Origin: Spongospora subterranea f. sp. subterranea
Lineage: Eukaryota
Assembly: GCA_049724395.1 (NCBI GenBank)
Contig: JAUGWO010000133.1
Span: 1-64,000, forward strand
DNA length: 64,000 nt
Reading direction: 5' to 3'
Position 1 is the stretch's first letter. Each line of letters opens with the position of its first letter. Positions 1-11,918 of the stretch are shown one piece after another. The notes under the pieces were generated by a model that saw only the letters and a program-made list of their open reading frames with translations, made no database searches and was not told where the DNA came from. The position numbers and the translations under genes are program-made.

Positions 1-83
1 ATGCGACACTATTTTCAATTCGAGGAACTGTTTTGGCCAAACTGCTTTCTTTTTGGCAGTTCGTGAATGGTTGGTCAAATCCT

Positions 84-1490
84 CTGTCTGGCTCTGATCA
101 GCGAGTTCAATACTAAGGTCTCGTATCCCCAGTGTTGATATCGCCCAGATTCTGCTAGAGAACGGTGCCGATCCCACAATAGCGGATGAGTTTGAGAATG
201 CATCATTGCACACCCTTCTAGATAAACTGTGAGTTTTCTGTCTGCCTCTGATCAGCGAGTTCAATTCTAAGGTCTCGTATCCCCAGTGTTGATATCGCCC
301 AGATTCTGCTAGAGAACGGTGCCGATCCCACAATAGCGGATGAGTTTGAGAATGCACCATTGCACACTCTTCTAGATAAACTGTGAGTCAAACAGATCTC
401 ACCAAACACTTCAACCTTTTTTGATGTTCTCACAGAACAGACGATTCTATTCTATCAATGATACACAATATTGATATCAACCACCGGTACAATGATGGGT
501 CCACTCTTTTCCAAAATGCTATTAAGCGTCGTCGGTTGGTCAATTGATATAGTGTGGACACTGATCGGCCCCTCAATAACATTGATTGGTTAGGGAAGTG
601 GTAGTTATGAAATTGTTGAAGAGAGGCGCCAACCTCATTATTGCTGATTCTAATGGGAATACGGCACTGCACCTGGCGATTGAGCATGATCTGTACACAC
701 CTTCAAATTTGTTATTTTTACCAAAAATCTCATTTTATATCTCATAGAAGTGGAGAGACCATTATATCTATACTTGAGGCGGCAACGCCAAGAACGGGCG
801 ATATTCTGTGTCCAGACGGGATGATGGATCCCTCAGTGTGTTCGAGTGGAGAGTTAGTTCATGATCGGCTTTATATTGTTGATGGTTGTGTCGAAATCAT
901 TGAAGTCGCTGATCTGATCTCACAGGGACCGAGATGTCAACCGTCAGGCGACGTCGAAAATAATCAATCTCAGAAACCAAAACTGGCAAACTGCTCTGTT
1001 TCTGGCATTTACCCGTGAACGGTTGGTAGAAACTACAGTCTGATTCTGATCACATCTTCAATAATGAGTTTTTTGTATTCCAGTTTTGATATTGTCCAAC
1101 TACTTGTGGAGAGAGGTGCCGATCCCAATATAGCAGATATTGATGGGAACACACCATTGCACACCCATATGCCAACTGCATTGTATATCGCCAAATACCA
1201 TCATATATCGAAATACCTAATCATGTGCCAACAGGACAGACGAAATAATCATATCAATGATTGAAAATCTCGGTGTTAACCACGCGGGCAATGATGGGGC
1301 AACACTTCTTCATAGGGCTACTGAGTGTCGTCGGTTGGTCGGGATTTGTATTTGACACTGATCAGCATCTCAAGAGAGCCCATATTTTAGTGAGGCTGTG
1401 GTCGAGTATCTGTTGAAGAGAGGCGCCAATCCCCTTATTTCTGATCTCCATGGGAATACAGCACTGCACCTGGCGATATATCATAACCTG
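84..1490 (+). pseudogene. Multi-exon ankyrin-repeat gene fragment, degenerate, with tandem exon/intron duplications
   Basis: Ankyrin motifs ENGADPTIADEFEN (twice, 154-bp period), LLKRGANLIIADSNGNTALHLAI, VERGADPNIADIDGNTPLH and LLKRGANPLISDLHGNTALHLAI; stops and frameshifts present. Confidence 0.75.
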
Positions 1491-1989
1491 TAGACTGCTA
1501 TACTGTGTATGTAGTCAAAATATTTGATTGAGATTTCACAGAAGTAAGGAGATCATTATGGCTATCATTGAGGCGCCGTTCCTTCTTGTGGAACAAGATG
1601 AGATAAATGAACGTTATGGGGGATTGGGTGGATTCTTGATCTCTTTTGGCCCTGTCAGTGTCAACATATATGTCCAAAACTCAACACCGCTGAACTTATA
1701 TCAGGAACATTTGTCAACTATTCAGTGTGGACTGTCCAACAATAATCAAACTCAAAAATCATAATGGTAAAACTGCTCTCAGTCTGGCAGTTTCGACCCA
1801 TAGGTTGGTCAAATTTGCGCCTGATCAACTCCATCGACTATGCTAAACTAACGTCATTAAAGGGTTGATCTATTTGAGGTTCTATCGACTTGCTGGAGAT
1901 GGAGAGTACAGTACGGGACACCTTAGCTCGACAATAATTATTGTTTCGATTTGATATTGTAAACAATGCGCACGCACTTTGTATTATTG

Positions 1990-2821
1990 TTCGCAGTTTT
2001 TTATTATCGGCGCGTAGAAAATGACATTGAAAGTCAATCAAGTTCCGCAAATACGGTAGTGACTCTGGTAGACTGCGGTGGCGTTTGTACTTTTTGACGG
2101 CGTATTCGGTTTGTCGGACAGAGAGCCTGTTACCAGAAGCGTCAACTATTCTATATGCGTCCATATATCGATAACACTTGCCGGCGAAGCGCCGGATTCG
2201 TTCTAGAGGAACCTGCTCCAACGCCTTCGGTACAACAATATGCAAATCTTTCCAAGAATAGGTGCAGTTGCATCGAGTGTAACTTTTGGCCGCAGCTTAA
2301 TACATCTCGATAACATCAAACTCGCAATGAAATTTGGGCTAAAAATCAACTATTCCGTCATGCTTTTCGACTGTTTCGACGATCCATTCTTTACTGACTT
2401 GGCTGAATCTTCTGAGAAAGTAGTTTTCCCACAGGCCACGTTCATGCAGAATGGTTCTCAATCTTTGTGGACTCCCGCATTCGTCTGCATCATCTGTTTG
2501 TCCCTGTTTCATGAACCATCCTGGACACTGCAGTTTTACGTTCTTTCCACCATCATTCAGGTTCAGAACTTTGGCATTTAACGCGTTAGGCGGCAAAGCT
2601 CGATGGTTCTGGGAGTTATCGAACATTAGCAGCATTTTGCTTTTTGAATGCAAAATTCGGAAAATTGGAATTGCGTGTTCTCGGATCTGTTTGACCAGGT
2701 CTTGGTTTGTCCAGAAGCCGTCCGCGTTCTTACCTGGCTTGATAATAACCACAGTTTCAGTAGGAACCAGGGGATTTTCTGCTTGATCATTGCCTGTCAG
2801 TTTTTCATCGGTCCATGACAT
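1990..2821 (-). mobile_element. Tc1/mariner-like (fungal/protist type) transposase relic
   Basis: Motifs PGKNADGFWT...FDNSQNH...LNLNDGGK, then PKFHCEFDVIEMY*AAAK and IRRFAGKCYRYMDAY; internal stop and frameshift. Confidence 0.75.
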
Positions 2822-5031
2822 TCACAGATCAACTTCGTTGATAAAAAAAAATTAAAATACTTAGTTGTTTTTTACAATTCCGAAAAAATTAAAAAAAATG
2901 CAAAGTGTCGAATTGGTCAGTTATCCTGATCAAACCAAATCGTGCGTTTTCGCTCATGAGCGCTAAAGCAAGATTCGTCGTTCGTCACCATAACAATTCT
3001 GCGCTCGTCATTTTCAAGTTGCAGTTCAATTACCGTCAACATATCCTCGCCGATATACTTTGGCTCATGGGGATGAAGAAACTACAATCGCGCTCCTTTA
3101 TTGTCGGCATCGTTTGAGGTGACGTTTTTGTTTCGATGATGGTGGCATATTTGTGTCAATACAACACAAGGATGGAATAATCAATTTGATCGGGTCGATG
3201 GCAACTTGCCCCGGACGACTGACGCAGTTTACCATAAATGCGACGCAAATATATTTTGCGTGGCAGACGCTACAATCATATTGCGAACCGAGTTGCGCGC
3301 ATCTTTGAAGTAATCATTGTTTTTCCCCTGCCAAGTTTTAAAAACGTCTTCTACCACTCAGTATTCGACTTTCCATAACTAAGTCGAGATGATTGATTCA
3401 TGACGCCTGCAGGGCCAAAACCAATCGACGCCAAACAATACACAACTTGACCAGTTTTATTTTGTTATCAGTTCTAACATAGCGATAAACGCCGCCATGT
3501 GCTTGCAATACCAAATGTAGACGATTTATCACCAGATCGTAGAAACAATATACACTGAATGCGGCCAGTTGGTGGGTGATTAATTTTGACTACCATGAGG
3601 GATCATCGATTCGATGGCTTTCAAACGAGGGACCAACAACATAAATCATGGTATTGAACAACGGTGGCTGGTTTCCGATCTACCACCACCGCGATATCAA
3701 AATCGCACTGCAGTGAACGGTACAGTTTTACCTTTCTGGAATGCAAACCGGCAAGTGGAGATGAATGATAGTTGGATTGTGTTGTCCAGCCTCATTTATG
3801 AAAAAAATGACAGGGCGGTGCATTCTCATACGTTTTCACGAATTTGCAGTCGCTACAATCATCAGGACAAACCCGACAATGAGGCAGTGGAGCGATCGTG
3901 ACCTTAGCACGACGCTCTAACACTTCTTTTCGCTTGATTATCAATAGACTGCCACTTATTCCAAACAGTTATTTCGCGATCAAAATCCACACAATGTTTT
4001 GGCTGATGCCCACATACCTCTAGAAAGGCTCTGATTGAGTCTGTAGGTGGTTAACATTTCTCAAGTTCTCAAAATTGCTCAGTTGAAAAAAATCAATATC
4101 CGTTTATGTTGATATTTTCGACCATCACCAATTACAGACAGAGCGTTCATGAAGCCTTGAGTACAAAATATGAGCTGATTGCTGCGCCTTTTACATTTGT
4201 CAAAATTGTTTGATTTCGACGATCGCTCATGCACATGCTATACTGGAGTTATCAATAAATCCACTGATTTAATTGATTTGAATTGTTCCTCATACGCATG
4301 TAAATTTGGAAATGTTAGCGAACTTCCGTTCAAAGCCTGCGTCGCTGTCGAATACACGCAGGGGTTCTAATGTTTAAGATTTCATTTGTCAGCACGCCAA
4401 CTCTGAAGGGCAATTCCAAAAAGTTTTTGAATATAGGTGGGGTGCTTGTCTCAGATGTGGATGAGCAATATAATAAAATATTGATCGGTGGATGTATTGA
4501 GAAGTTTCGGTCTGCATTTGCATCCCCGCAACATCACTTTAGAAAACCCAGAGATGACTGTGCCAGTCAGGGTTGAAAAAATCTTGAGCTTATCAGTCTA
4601 TCTTGAGCGGCCACACGGCCTAGACGAGTGACGATTCTACGTTGAACTGGGGGCGGATTCGGGATGGCAGCACACCCTGAGGAAGGCATCATCCGAATGC
4701 ATATTCAATCTCAATAATTGTGATGATATAATGAGGCCTCCACCAACACGATAATGGTAATCTGTCACGTAATCTGAGCCCACTCAGCGCAATACGAAAA
4801 TCTGGCGTTACAATACAATTTACTAGACTGAGAACCGAAACGAAGCACGTGTGCATGGCATCAATGCTACACACTTGATGCGTCAACAAACGTTACACAT
4901 GCTGACTGACTGGGTGTAACCCATGATCCGGTAGCGCCAACGTGTCGCCACGCTTGTCTTGATTTGAAGACAGCTTGCGCTTGCACTTTATTCAATATCC
5001 CTTCACCTTTATTTTCTATCTTGTTTATCGT

Positions 5032-6556
5032 TTACCAGACAGGATCATTCTCGACGTTTGTGGATTCTCCATGATGTGTCGACTGTTTATCATTGCTGGA
5101 ATAAAGCTGCAGCACTACGTTCTCCTGCAATTCATCCTCGAACTGCTTCCAGATATCGGGTTCAGCCTCTTGAAATTTCCCCAGGAAATTTACCTCCATC
5201 AGCAACACGATAGTGTTGCGAGTCCTGGTCAAACAAATACTCATTGATTCGCGGTGACGTTCTATAATCGCCCTCAAAAAGTTCTTGAAAAGGCTTTAAC
5301 GATTGACTTGGCAAGTTTACTTCCAATGGCGCATTTACGGCCAAATATGTGTCGAATATATTTTTGGCACGACCTGTTAAGAATATGTGATCGCCCGACA
5401 GCACGTCCTTGCCGAGGTTGTTTTCTCGCCTTTGGGATAGACTAACTGCAGCGATTCGAAATTGGAGTTGCATCAGAATATAGAAAACGGTCGCCATCAG
5501 AAACTCTCCAAACATCAATTTTGGGTTGTACTGTAAGAACGACTGTGAGTATGAATTCAGTGCACTTAATTGAAATACCCGAAAATAAAAACGATAAGGG
5601 AACGTGCAACAATTCCTTCTGATTTATATAATATGAGAACGTGTCAAATTTTCCAAAGGGAAAGACACATGTGCTCGAAAGACTAACATCCTGAACAAGC
5701 TAGCAAGGCAATGCGCGGTTTTCTGAGCAATGAGGTCAAGTTCTTACGAGGTTATCACAGCATTGGCCACGAGATTGTGAATCATGTAAACAAACATGAG
5801 TACAACCGACTTCGACTCATTTGAGTTTGCCAGGTCGACCAATGCACTAGCTAAGAAGAATACTGCAAACCCGGTCATGGCCATCAACCCTGACCGCTTC
5901 AGGGATCGTTTGATCCCGTGCACATCCACGACAATCCGCAATCGTAATGCCAACAATATAAAACAGATCAAGGTTACCGACATTTTCCTGACGCCGATAC
6001 TGGTAAACTCGGTCGGGATAGGATTGTAAATATATTCATCCGAATATCTTGCGAATATCACGTCCTGATGGTTCAAGGCGTAGTTCACCTGAAAAAGAAT
6101 CTGAATTGAAAGGCTCGTGGCGATAAACGCTAATTTGGTCCTCCAATCAAGCAAAACTTCGAAATCCGAATCCAAATTGCGACTCGACTGCGCTTGCTGG
6201 TCCCAAGGCTGTCCCCAACAAATTGTAGTTGCTCGCGAGTGCGATTGAAGGCCAAATAAAGGCTGACTCCGATAAACGAGGAACATATCGCAGCATGCTG
6301 AAAGAAACGCCTGAGGAATGACGACAGCAATAGAAATTTGCTGATGCGGGTATTTGTAGCCTGCGGTAGCGCGAAGGGCGAATCCAGACGCCAGCATGTT
6401 TGCGAGGAGCATCTCACCAGGGGATAAGTATTTGACTGGTGGAAAGCGACGGCGTCGGAAAAAAAGGGTGAAAACGACGAGATGATAGGTGAGTTGAAAG
6501 GGGTCCCAACACCAAAAAAAGGATTCAATTAGGACCTTAGAATCAGGACTTTCCAT
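5032..6556 (-). pseudogene. 7TM-RGS protein paralogue A (frameshifted, apparently lacking exons)
   Basis: Several hydrophobic helices, VVDVHGIK motif, and RGS-like KNIFDTYLAVNAPLEVNLPS...INEYLFD; clear paralogy with 40125-42009. Confidence 0.75.
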
Positions 6557-6816
6557 GGGGGTTTTTGACGAGCGATATTACGTGGGCATTTGGCACAGGA
6601 AGGTGAAGTCAAGACGTTCCTGACCTTGGGATACCATAAGCGAAATCGATCGAGCATATCTCAGTACCGATTCTTATGGCAAATCCGCAACTTGCAAAAT
6701 ACGACGTGCATGTTCTTGAATTGTCTTCAGGCATTTGTCGAATATCCATTCAACCCATATCCCGTACAACATGTATTTATTTCCAGTCCACAATAAAAAA
6801 ATTGCAGAAAAAATAT

Positions 6817-6889
6817 TGCCAACATCGCGGATCGAACGCGAGACCTTACGATCTTCAGTCGTACGCTCTCCCAACTGAGCTATGGCGGC
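6817..6889 (-). tRNA. tRNA-Phe(GAA)
   Basis: Cloverleaf GCCGCCATAGCTCAGTTGGGAGAGCGTACGACTGAAGATCGTAAGGTCTCGCGTTCGATCCGCGATGTTGGCA; one C:U acceptor-stem mismatch; downstream T6 run. Confidence 0.92.
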
Positions 6890-7232
6890 AACATATACGC
6901 TATTAAGTTATGAACGCTTCTACCCCTGTACTACCGTACCGTATGATCCTACCAATCGTAATACATTCTTCCCAATATTCTGGTCAACAGTTCTGGTCTA
7001 TATTACGAACACCATCTGTTAGATTAAGAGTCCCAACTCCACCAAGTTGCGAGACAGAGCTCATTGACACAGAAAGGGGTAGTCCAGCGTAAAGCCAACG
7101 CAAGAGACACCACCACCATGACCCGCCACAGCAGAGACGAGGTCAACAAAATACATCGCCGGCGGCAACAGCCAGCCAGAGCGACGATGGGAGTCGACAA
7201 GATCGACAACAATTCACCCGTTAAGGAAGGAG

Positions 7233-8628
7233 GTGGACACCACCAAATATAACGGCGGCCTAAATCTGATCCCAGAGTTTGACGGCACAAACTGGGACAC
7301 TTTCAAACGGAAGGTTGAGACCCAACTCATTCGAATGGATATAGACTCGTATTTGCACCACGAGCCTAACGCTGAATCTTCAACAGAGCGACGCAACGAT
7401 CGCGCAGCGTTAGCCGAAATCAGCAAGCGCCTGGCACAGGTGCAGTATAAGCTGGTCAGCCATTGTGCAACAACAGCACAACTATGGAGAACACTCCAAG
7501 ACACATACGATGAAACTAAAGAGGCGAAATCAGGGGCCTTTTTCATCGAATTCATTGAGGCGCAAAAGCAGCCAAGCGAGACGATGAAGGCTTACCTGGA
7601 CCGACTCGTTTTCAATATACCACGACATGATCACACTGGAATCAAGATCGGAGAACTAGCACTCTGTGCGAAAGTACTTCGGGGATTACCAGCAAAGTAC
7701 AACCAAGTCAAGGCAGCTGCGAGAGCATCACAGCTAGGGACAATTGCTTCAATGACAAGCCTCTTACTGTCTACAGAACGAGAGCACGAGCATGGCAAGT
7801 TTGCAAAGATACCGAAAGAGCCAGCGATTGACTTGAAGACAAAGAAAGCCCAGCAAGAGAGCAAAAGTTACTTGAGAGCCAAGCAGTATTGCAAGAAGTG
7901 CAAGACAACTTCTCATGACACAGACAAGTGTTGGGTGTTGAACCCACATCTCCGACGAAAAAGCGATAATGAATCTTCACCGAAAACGAACAATGCGCAC
8001 CGCGTTAAATTCAATGGATTCAAGATCTCGGGCGTCGGCACTGCAGTCACGTGCGACTACATCATTGACAGTGGCGCCAACGTTTCAGTCACAAACAATC
8101 AAAACATCTTGATTAATTATGAACCTCTTAAACAACCAGTTCAAATCCAAGCGTGCAACGGACAGGCCTCAAAGGCATATGGAAAGGGCATTTTGATCAT
8201 CCAGACATCACCGCCAATCACCATCAAGGATGTACTCTACGCACCGAACATGACGAATACGTTAATATCAGCGCATTCAATCACTCAACAAGGCTATAGA
8301 ATCGTCATCGAAACGACATGCACATTGAGAGCAAAGAAGGAAAAACGATCCTCACCGCAAAGATGCATGTCGGCCTATATTACGTCAGAACAGGGAGACA
8401 TGCAAAGGTCAACGCGACGATCAGCCTGGACCTCGCTCATAAGCGGTTTGGACATGCGTCGGACGAGCGTCTGAAGAATCTAAAGAAATCGACCACCGGA
8501 ATTGAAATTACCGGTAACGAACGGCAGTTTTGCGACATCTGTGCGCAAAACAAATCCCGACGACATGCATTTCCTGAAGAACGGCGAACCAAACCAACCC
8601 GAAGGTATCAGATGGTCTCATCAGATCT
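7233..8628 (+). pseudogene. Copia gag-protease-integrase N-terminus (truncated, frameshifted)
   Basis: IPEFDGTNWDTFK gag, CKKCKTTSHDTDKC knuckle, YIIDSGA protease, LAHKRFGH...CDIC zinc domain; ends at MVSSDL, the first integrase catalytic Asp. Confidence 0.9.
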
Positions 8629-9126
8629 TAGACCTGTGGTGGATCGTCGATCAAGAGTATCCATCGCGTAATTGCTGTCGGCCCATCCTGTGATATCAGT
8701 TGAGCTCCCCTTGAACACCAAGCCGTCATTCATGTCGTGGTATATTGAAAAGAGTCGGTCCAGGTAAGCCTTCATCGTCTCGCATGGCTGCTTTTGCGCC
8801 TCAATGAATTCGATGAATAAGGCCCCTGATTTCGCCTCTTTAGTTTCATCGTATGTATCTTGGAGTGTTCTCCATAGTTGTGCTGTTGTTGCACAATGGC
8901 TGACCTGCTTATACTGCACCTGTGCCAGGCGCATGCTGATTTCGGCTAACGCTGCGCGATCGTTGCGTCGCTCTGTTGAAGATTCAGCGTTAGGCTCGTG
9001 GTGCAAATACGAGTCTATATCCATTCGGATGAGTTGGGTCTCAACCTTCCGTTTGAAAGTGTCCCAGTTTGTGCCGTCAAACTCTGGGATCAGATTTAGG
9101 CCGCCGTTATATTTGGTGGTGTCCAC
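8629..9126 (-). pseudogene. Second copia copy: gag N-terminus fused by internal deletion to an RNase H fragment
   Basis: Gag nearly identical to the first copy, then LVFKGSSTDITGWADSNYAMDTLDRRSTTG, the start of copia RNase H. Confidence 0.85.
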
Positions 9127-10366
9127 CTCCTTCCTTAACGGGTGAATTGTTGTTCGATCTTGTCGACTCCCATCGTCGCTCTGGCTGGCTGTTGCCGCCG
9201 GCGATGTTGTTGACCTCGTCTCTGCTGTGGCGGGTCATGGTGGTGGTGTCTCTTGCGTTGGCTTTACGCTGGACTACCCCTTTCTGTGTCAATGAGCTCT
9301 GTCTCGCAACTTGGTGGAGTTGGGACTCTTAATCTAACAGATGGTGTTCGTAATATAGACCAGAACTGTTGACCAGAATATTGTGAAGAATGTATTACGA
9401 TTGGTAGGATCATATTAGGTACGGTAGTACAGGGGTAGAATCGTTCATATCTTAATATACGCTGCATTTCGGCACATGTATTTCATCAATATTGCCAGCC
9501 AGCGTTCGTGTCAAAACAGCAAAACTCTTCTTTATCTTGTTAACTCACGACATTTGTCACTACTTTGAAGCCCACTTTCTATCTTTTGAATGCAAATATT
9601 GGCCAATTCGACACAGCCGCTTCAAGTTGTGGAGCGTGGCTGGGAATCGTAGAAAGAACCAAGGAATCGTTTATTCGTTCGTTCCGACTTACGAATTCAA
9701 GACGTTAAAGTGAACGATGCTGGATTGGTTAGGATCTGAGAATAGCACCTTTCTGTACAGCTTGCATGCTGGGTTACAAAGTTGAATCATTGCTTCCCAA
9801 CGACGATATTCATTTTTAAACGGTGGCCTTCGTGATGTTTCAAGTTTCTATAAACCTTCAGGTTGAAATCAGTTCCTCGGCAATAGGTAAGAAACCAGAA
9901 GCTCTGTTTTTGAAAAAATCTTCCTTTGACGAAGCTGCAGCACTTGAAGACGGAACAATCCAGACACGATAATGGATTCAAAACACAGGCGTTCCGGTTT
10001 TTACCAATCATCGCTGATACAAACGGTATACTGATTTGTCTGAGATCTCATAAATAACTACAAACCGCGAAACCACGAATATCACAGTTCGATATGGGAC
10101 AACCAAATAATCAACAATATGGCTCAAATTGAAACCAATTCAGAATCATTGATACCTCAAATATGAAAGAGAAGATAGGCGCTTCAAAAGCTGCCCGGCT
10201 ATACATATCGTCGAAACGGCACATGAGAATATAAATAATTGCGAAATACATATATTAAGAGATGATAGGGTTGGCCACAGAATCGGGGATCCCTTGCACA
10301 AAAGCTCGATACGCTTCAATCACTCCGGCAGTTCCAAGATGCTTGCGATACGCTCGATGCATGAGA

Positions 10367-11470
10367 TTAAAACGCATTGTTGAAGAAGGACATTTGGTCA
10401 TCACAGTGCGCTTGCGCCTGAACAGGCATTGACATGAGCTCGGGATTGAAGAACAGCTGCTGAGCGAATGATCGAGTCGGTGAGAATGGGACTGCTGGCG
10501 CAATATAGGGCCCGCCAAGATGCTTTACCTCGCTCTTTCTGCGACAGGCGGCACACACACAAATTCCCAAACAGGATGGGCATTCCCAATCGCGGATATC
10601 CTTCGTTCGGCGCATGCACGCCTGATAATTGAACTTGATGACGCAGTGATTGCAGAATTTCTTACGGCAAATCTGAACATTCAGCTTAACATTTTGTGAA
10701 AAACGGGGAACTCATCATGAGGGTCAAACCTTCCGCTTCTTATCATCAGCGTAGGAACGGGTTCGATTGCGACAAAAATTGAGATGTCGGGCTTCACGCC
10801 GGTTCTTGCACTGATGACAGCTGCTGCCGGCAGACTTCTTGACTGCAGATTCCATATCGCCGGAGTCGGGCGTTGTCGGGTCGTCAGCGACTTGCTGGTA
10901 GCGAGAGTCCTGGTCATTACTGTATTGGTCAGAGGCGGAAGGAATGGCATATCCTCCACTGTCAACGAAATTCTCGAAATGCTCTTGTCCGGTATATCTG
11001 TCAACTTGGCCTCCACCAGAGGACGCCGAATTCATGTGCATAACGGGATTTGGGCTTAAAGACAAGTTCCTATTTGGTATTCCATAGTCATGATACATTC
11101 CAATACAAGCAGCATCTGCAGCTGGGTCGATTAGAAAAGAATGGAGATTCGGGGCCGGCGTCGACGCCAAAAATGGGGAAGGAGAGAAGTAAGAATTGTC
11201 CATATGCGCGATCCGCTCATGTTGGGATGGCTCGCGTACCAATGAATGCCTTAAGGCGATTGGAGCAACTGGAGGGAGGTTGGTCATTGGGCCAGACGAG
11301 AATAGCGGGGAGAAGTTTGTATAGGCCGGGGTTGGTAACTGGCCATCGGTTGGAGTGCCCAATGCGAAACCAGACGATGATTCCAAATGTGAAGACGAAC
11401 GATCCTGGAAAATAGCGGGATTGGACTGAGAGGCACCAACCCTGCGCGGACTAGCGTTCGGCGGATGCAT
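10367..11470 (-). CDS. zf-4CXXC_R1 (CDCA7-like) zinc-finger protein, 2 exons
   Basis: SSCHQCKNR...FCRN; intron ~10675-10729; CRKKFCNHC...WECPSCLGICVCAACRRK. Confidence 0.8.
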
Positions 11471-11918
11471 TGCACGCGACGCAAAACTGAAAACGCGCGG
11501 CGCACTGATTCGAAGGTCTGCGATCGCGGCAAGACGGCTGTCGGGATTATAATTGATAGGTAATGGCCACAGAAATTAATGCGAAATGCGGACTGGAAAA
11601 GTCCGCGACTGGCGTTAGTCAGATTACCAAGCCGACACTGTGGATCAATCTGTTGGAGTTACGGCCAACTGGCGCATTTCCTCGTTACTGAGCCAGTCAA
11701 ATTGATGCGAGAACGACAATTAGCGGGCTGATGTGTTGATTGAGTCGTGATTTTCAGGTGTCGTCCTTTGTTATGCCCTGCTCGGTCTTCAACACATCGT
11801 ATTGTCACCTGACACCTCAAACTATTTTATTGCAATGCGCGCACCACGTGTAAATTGAATAAATGACAATCTGTATTTTGGGAGATTCGGGCGGCATGTT
11901 CCAGGTGTACTATCAGGA

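Larger units (their letters stand above)
6901..9457. mobile_element. Ty1/copia-derived fold-back element (two inverted 5' halves) with 5-bp TSD TACGC
   Basis: 6901-7630 is the near-identical reverse complement of 8730-9457; TACGC at 6896-6900 and 9458-9462; gag, zinc knuckle, protease, GAG-pre-integrase and RNase H motifs. Confidence 0.92.

Noticed and set aside
6901..9457. DIRS/tyrosine-recombinase element or DNA transposon (because of the inverted ends)
   Set aside because: The coding content is copia-type (protease, GAG-pre-integrase, copia RNase H), and a 5-bp TSD is present.
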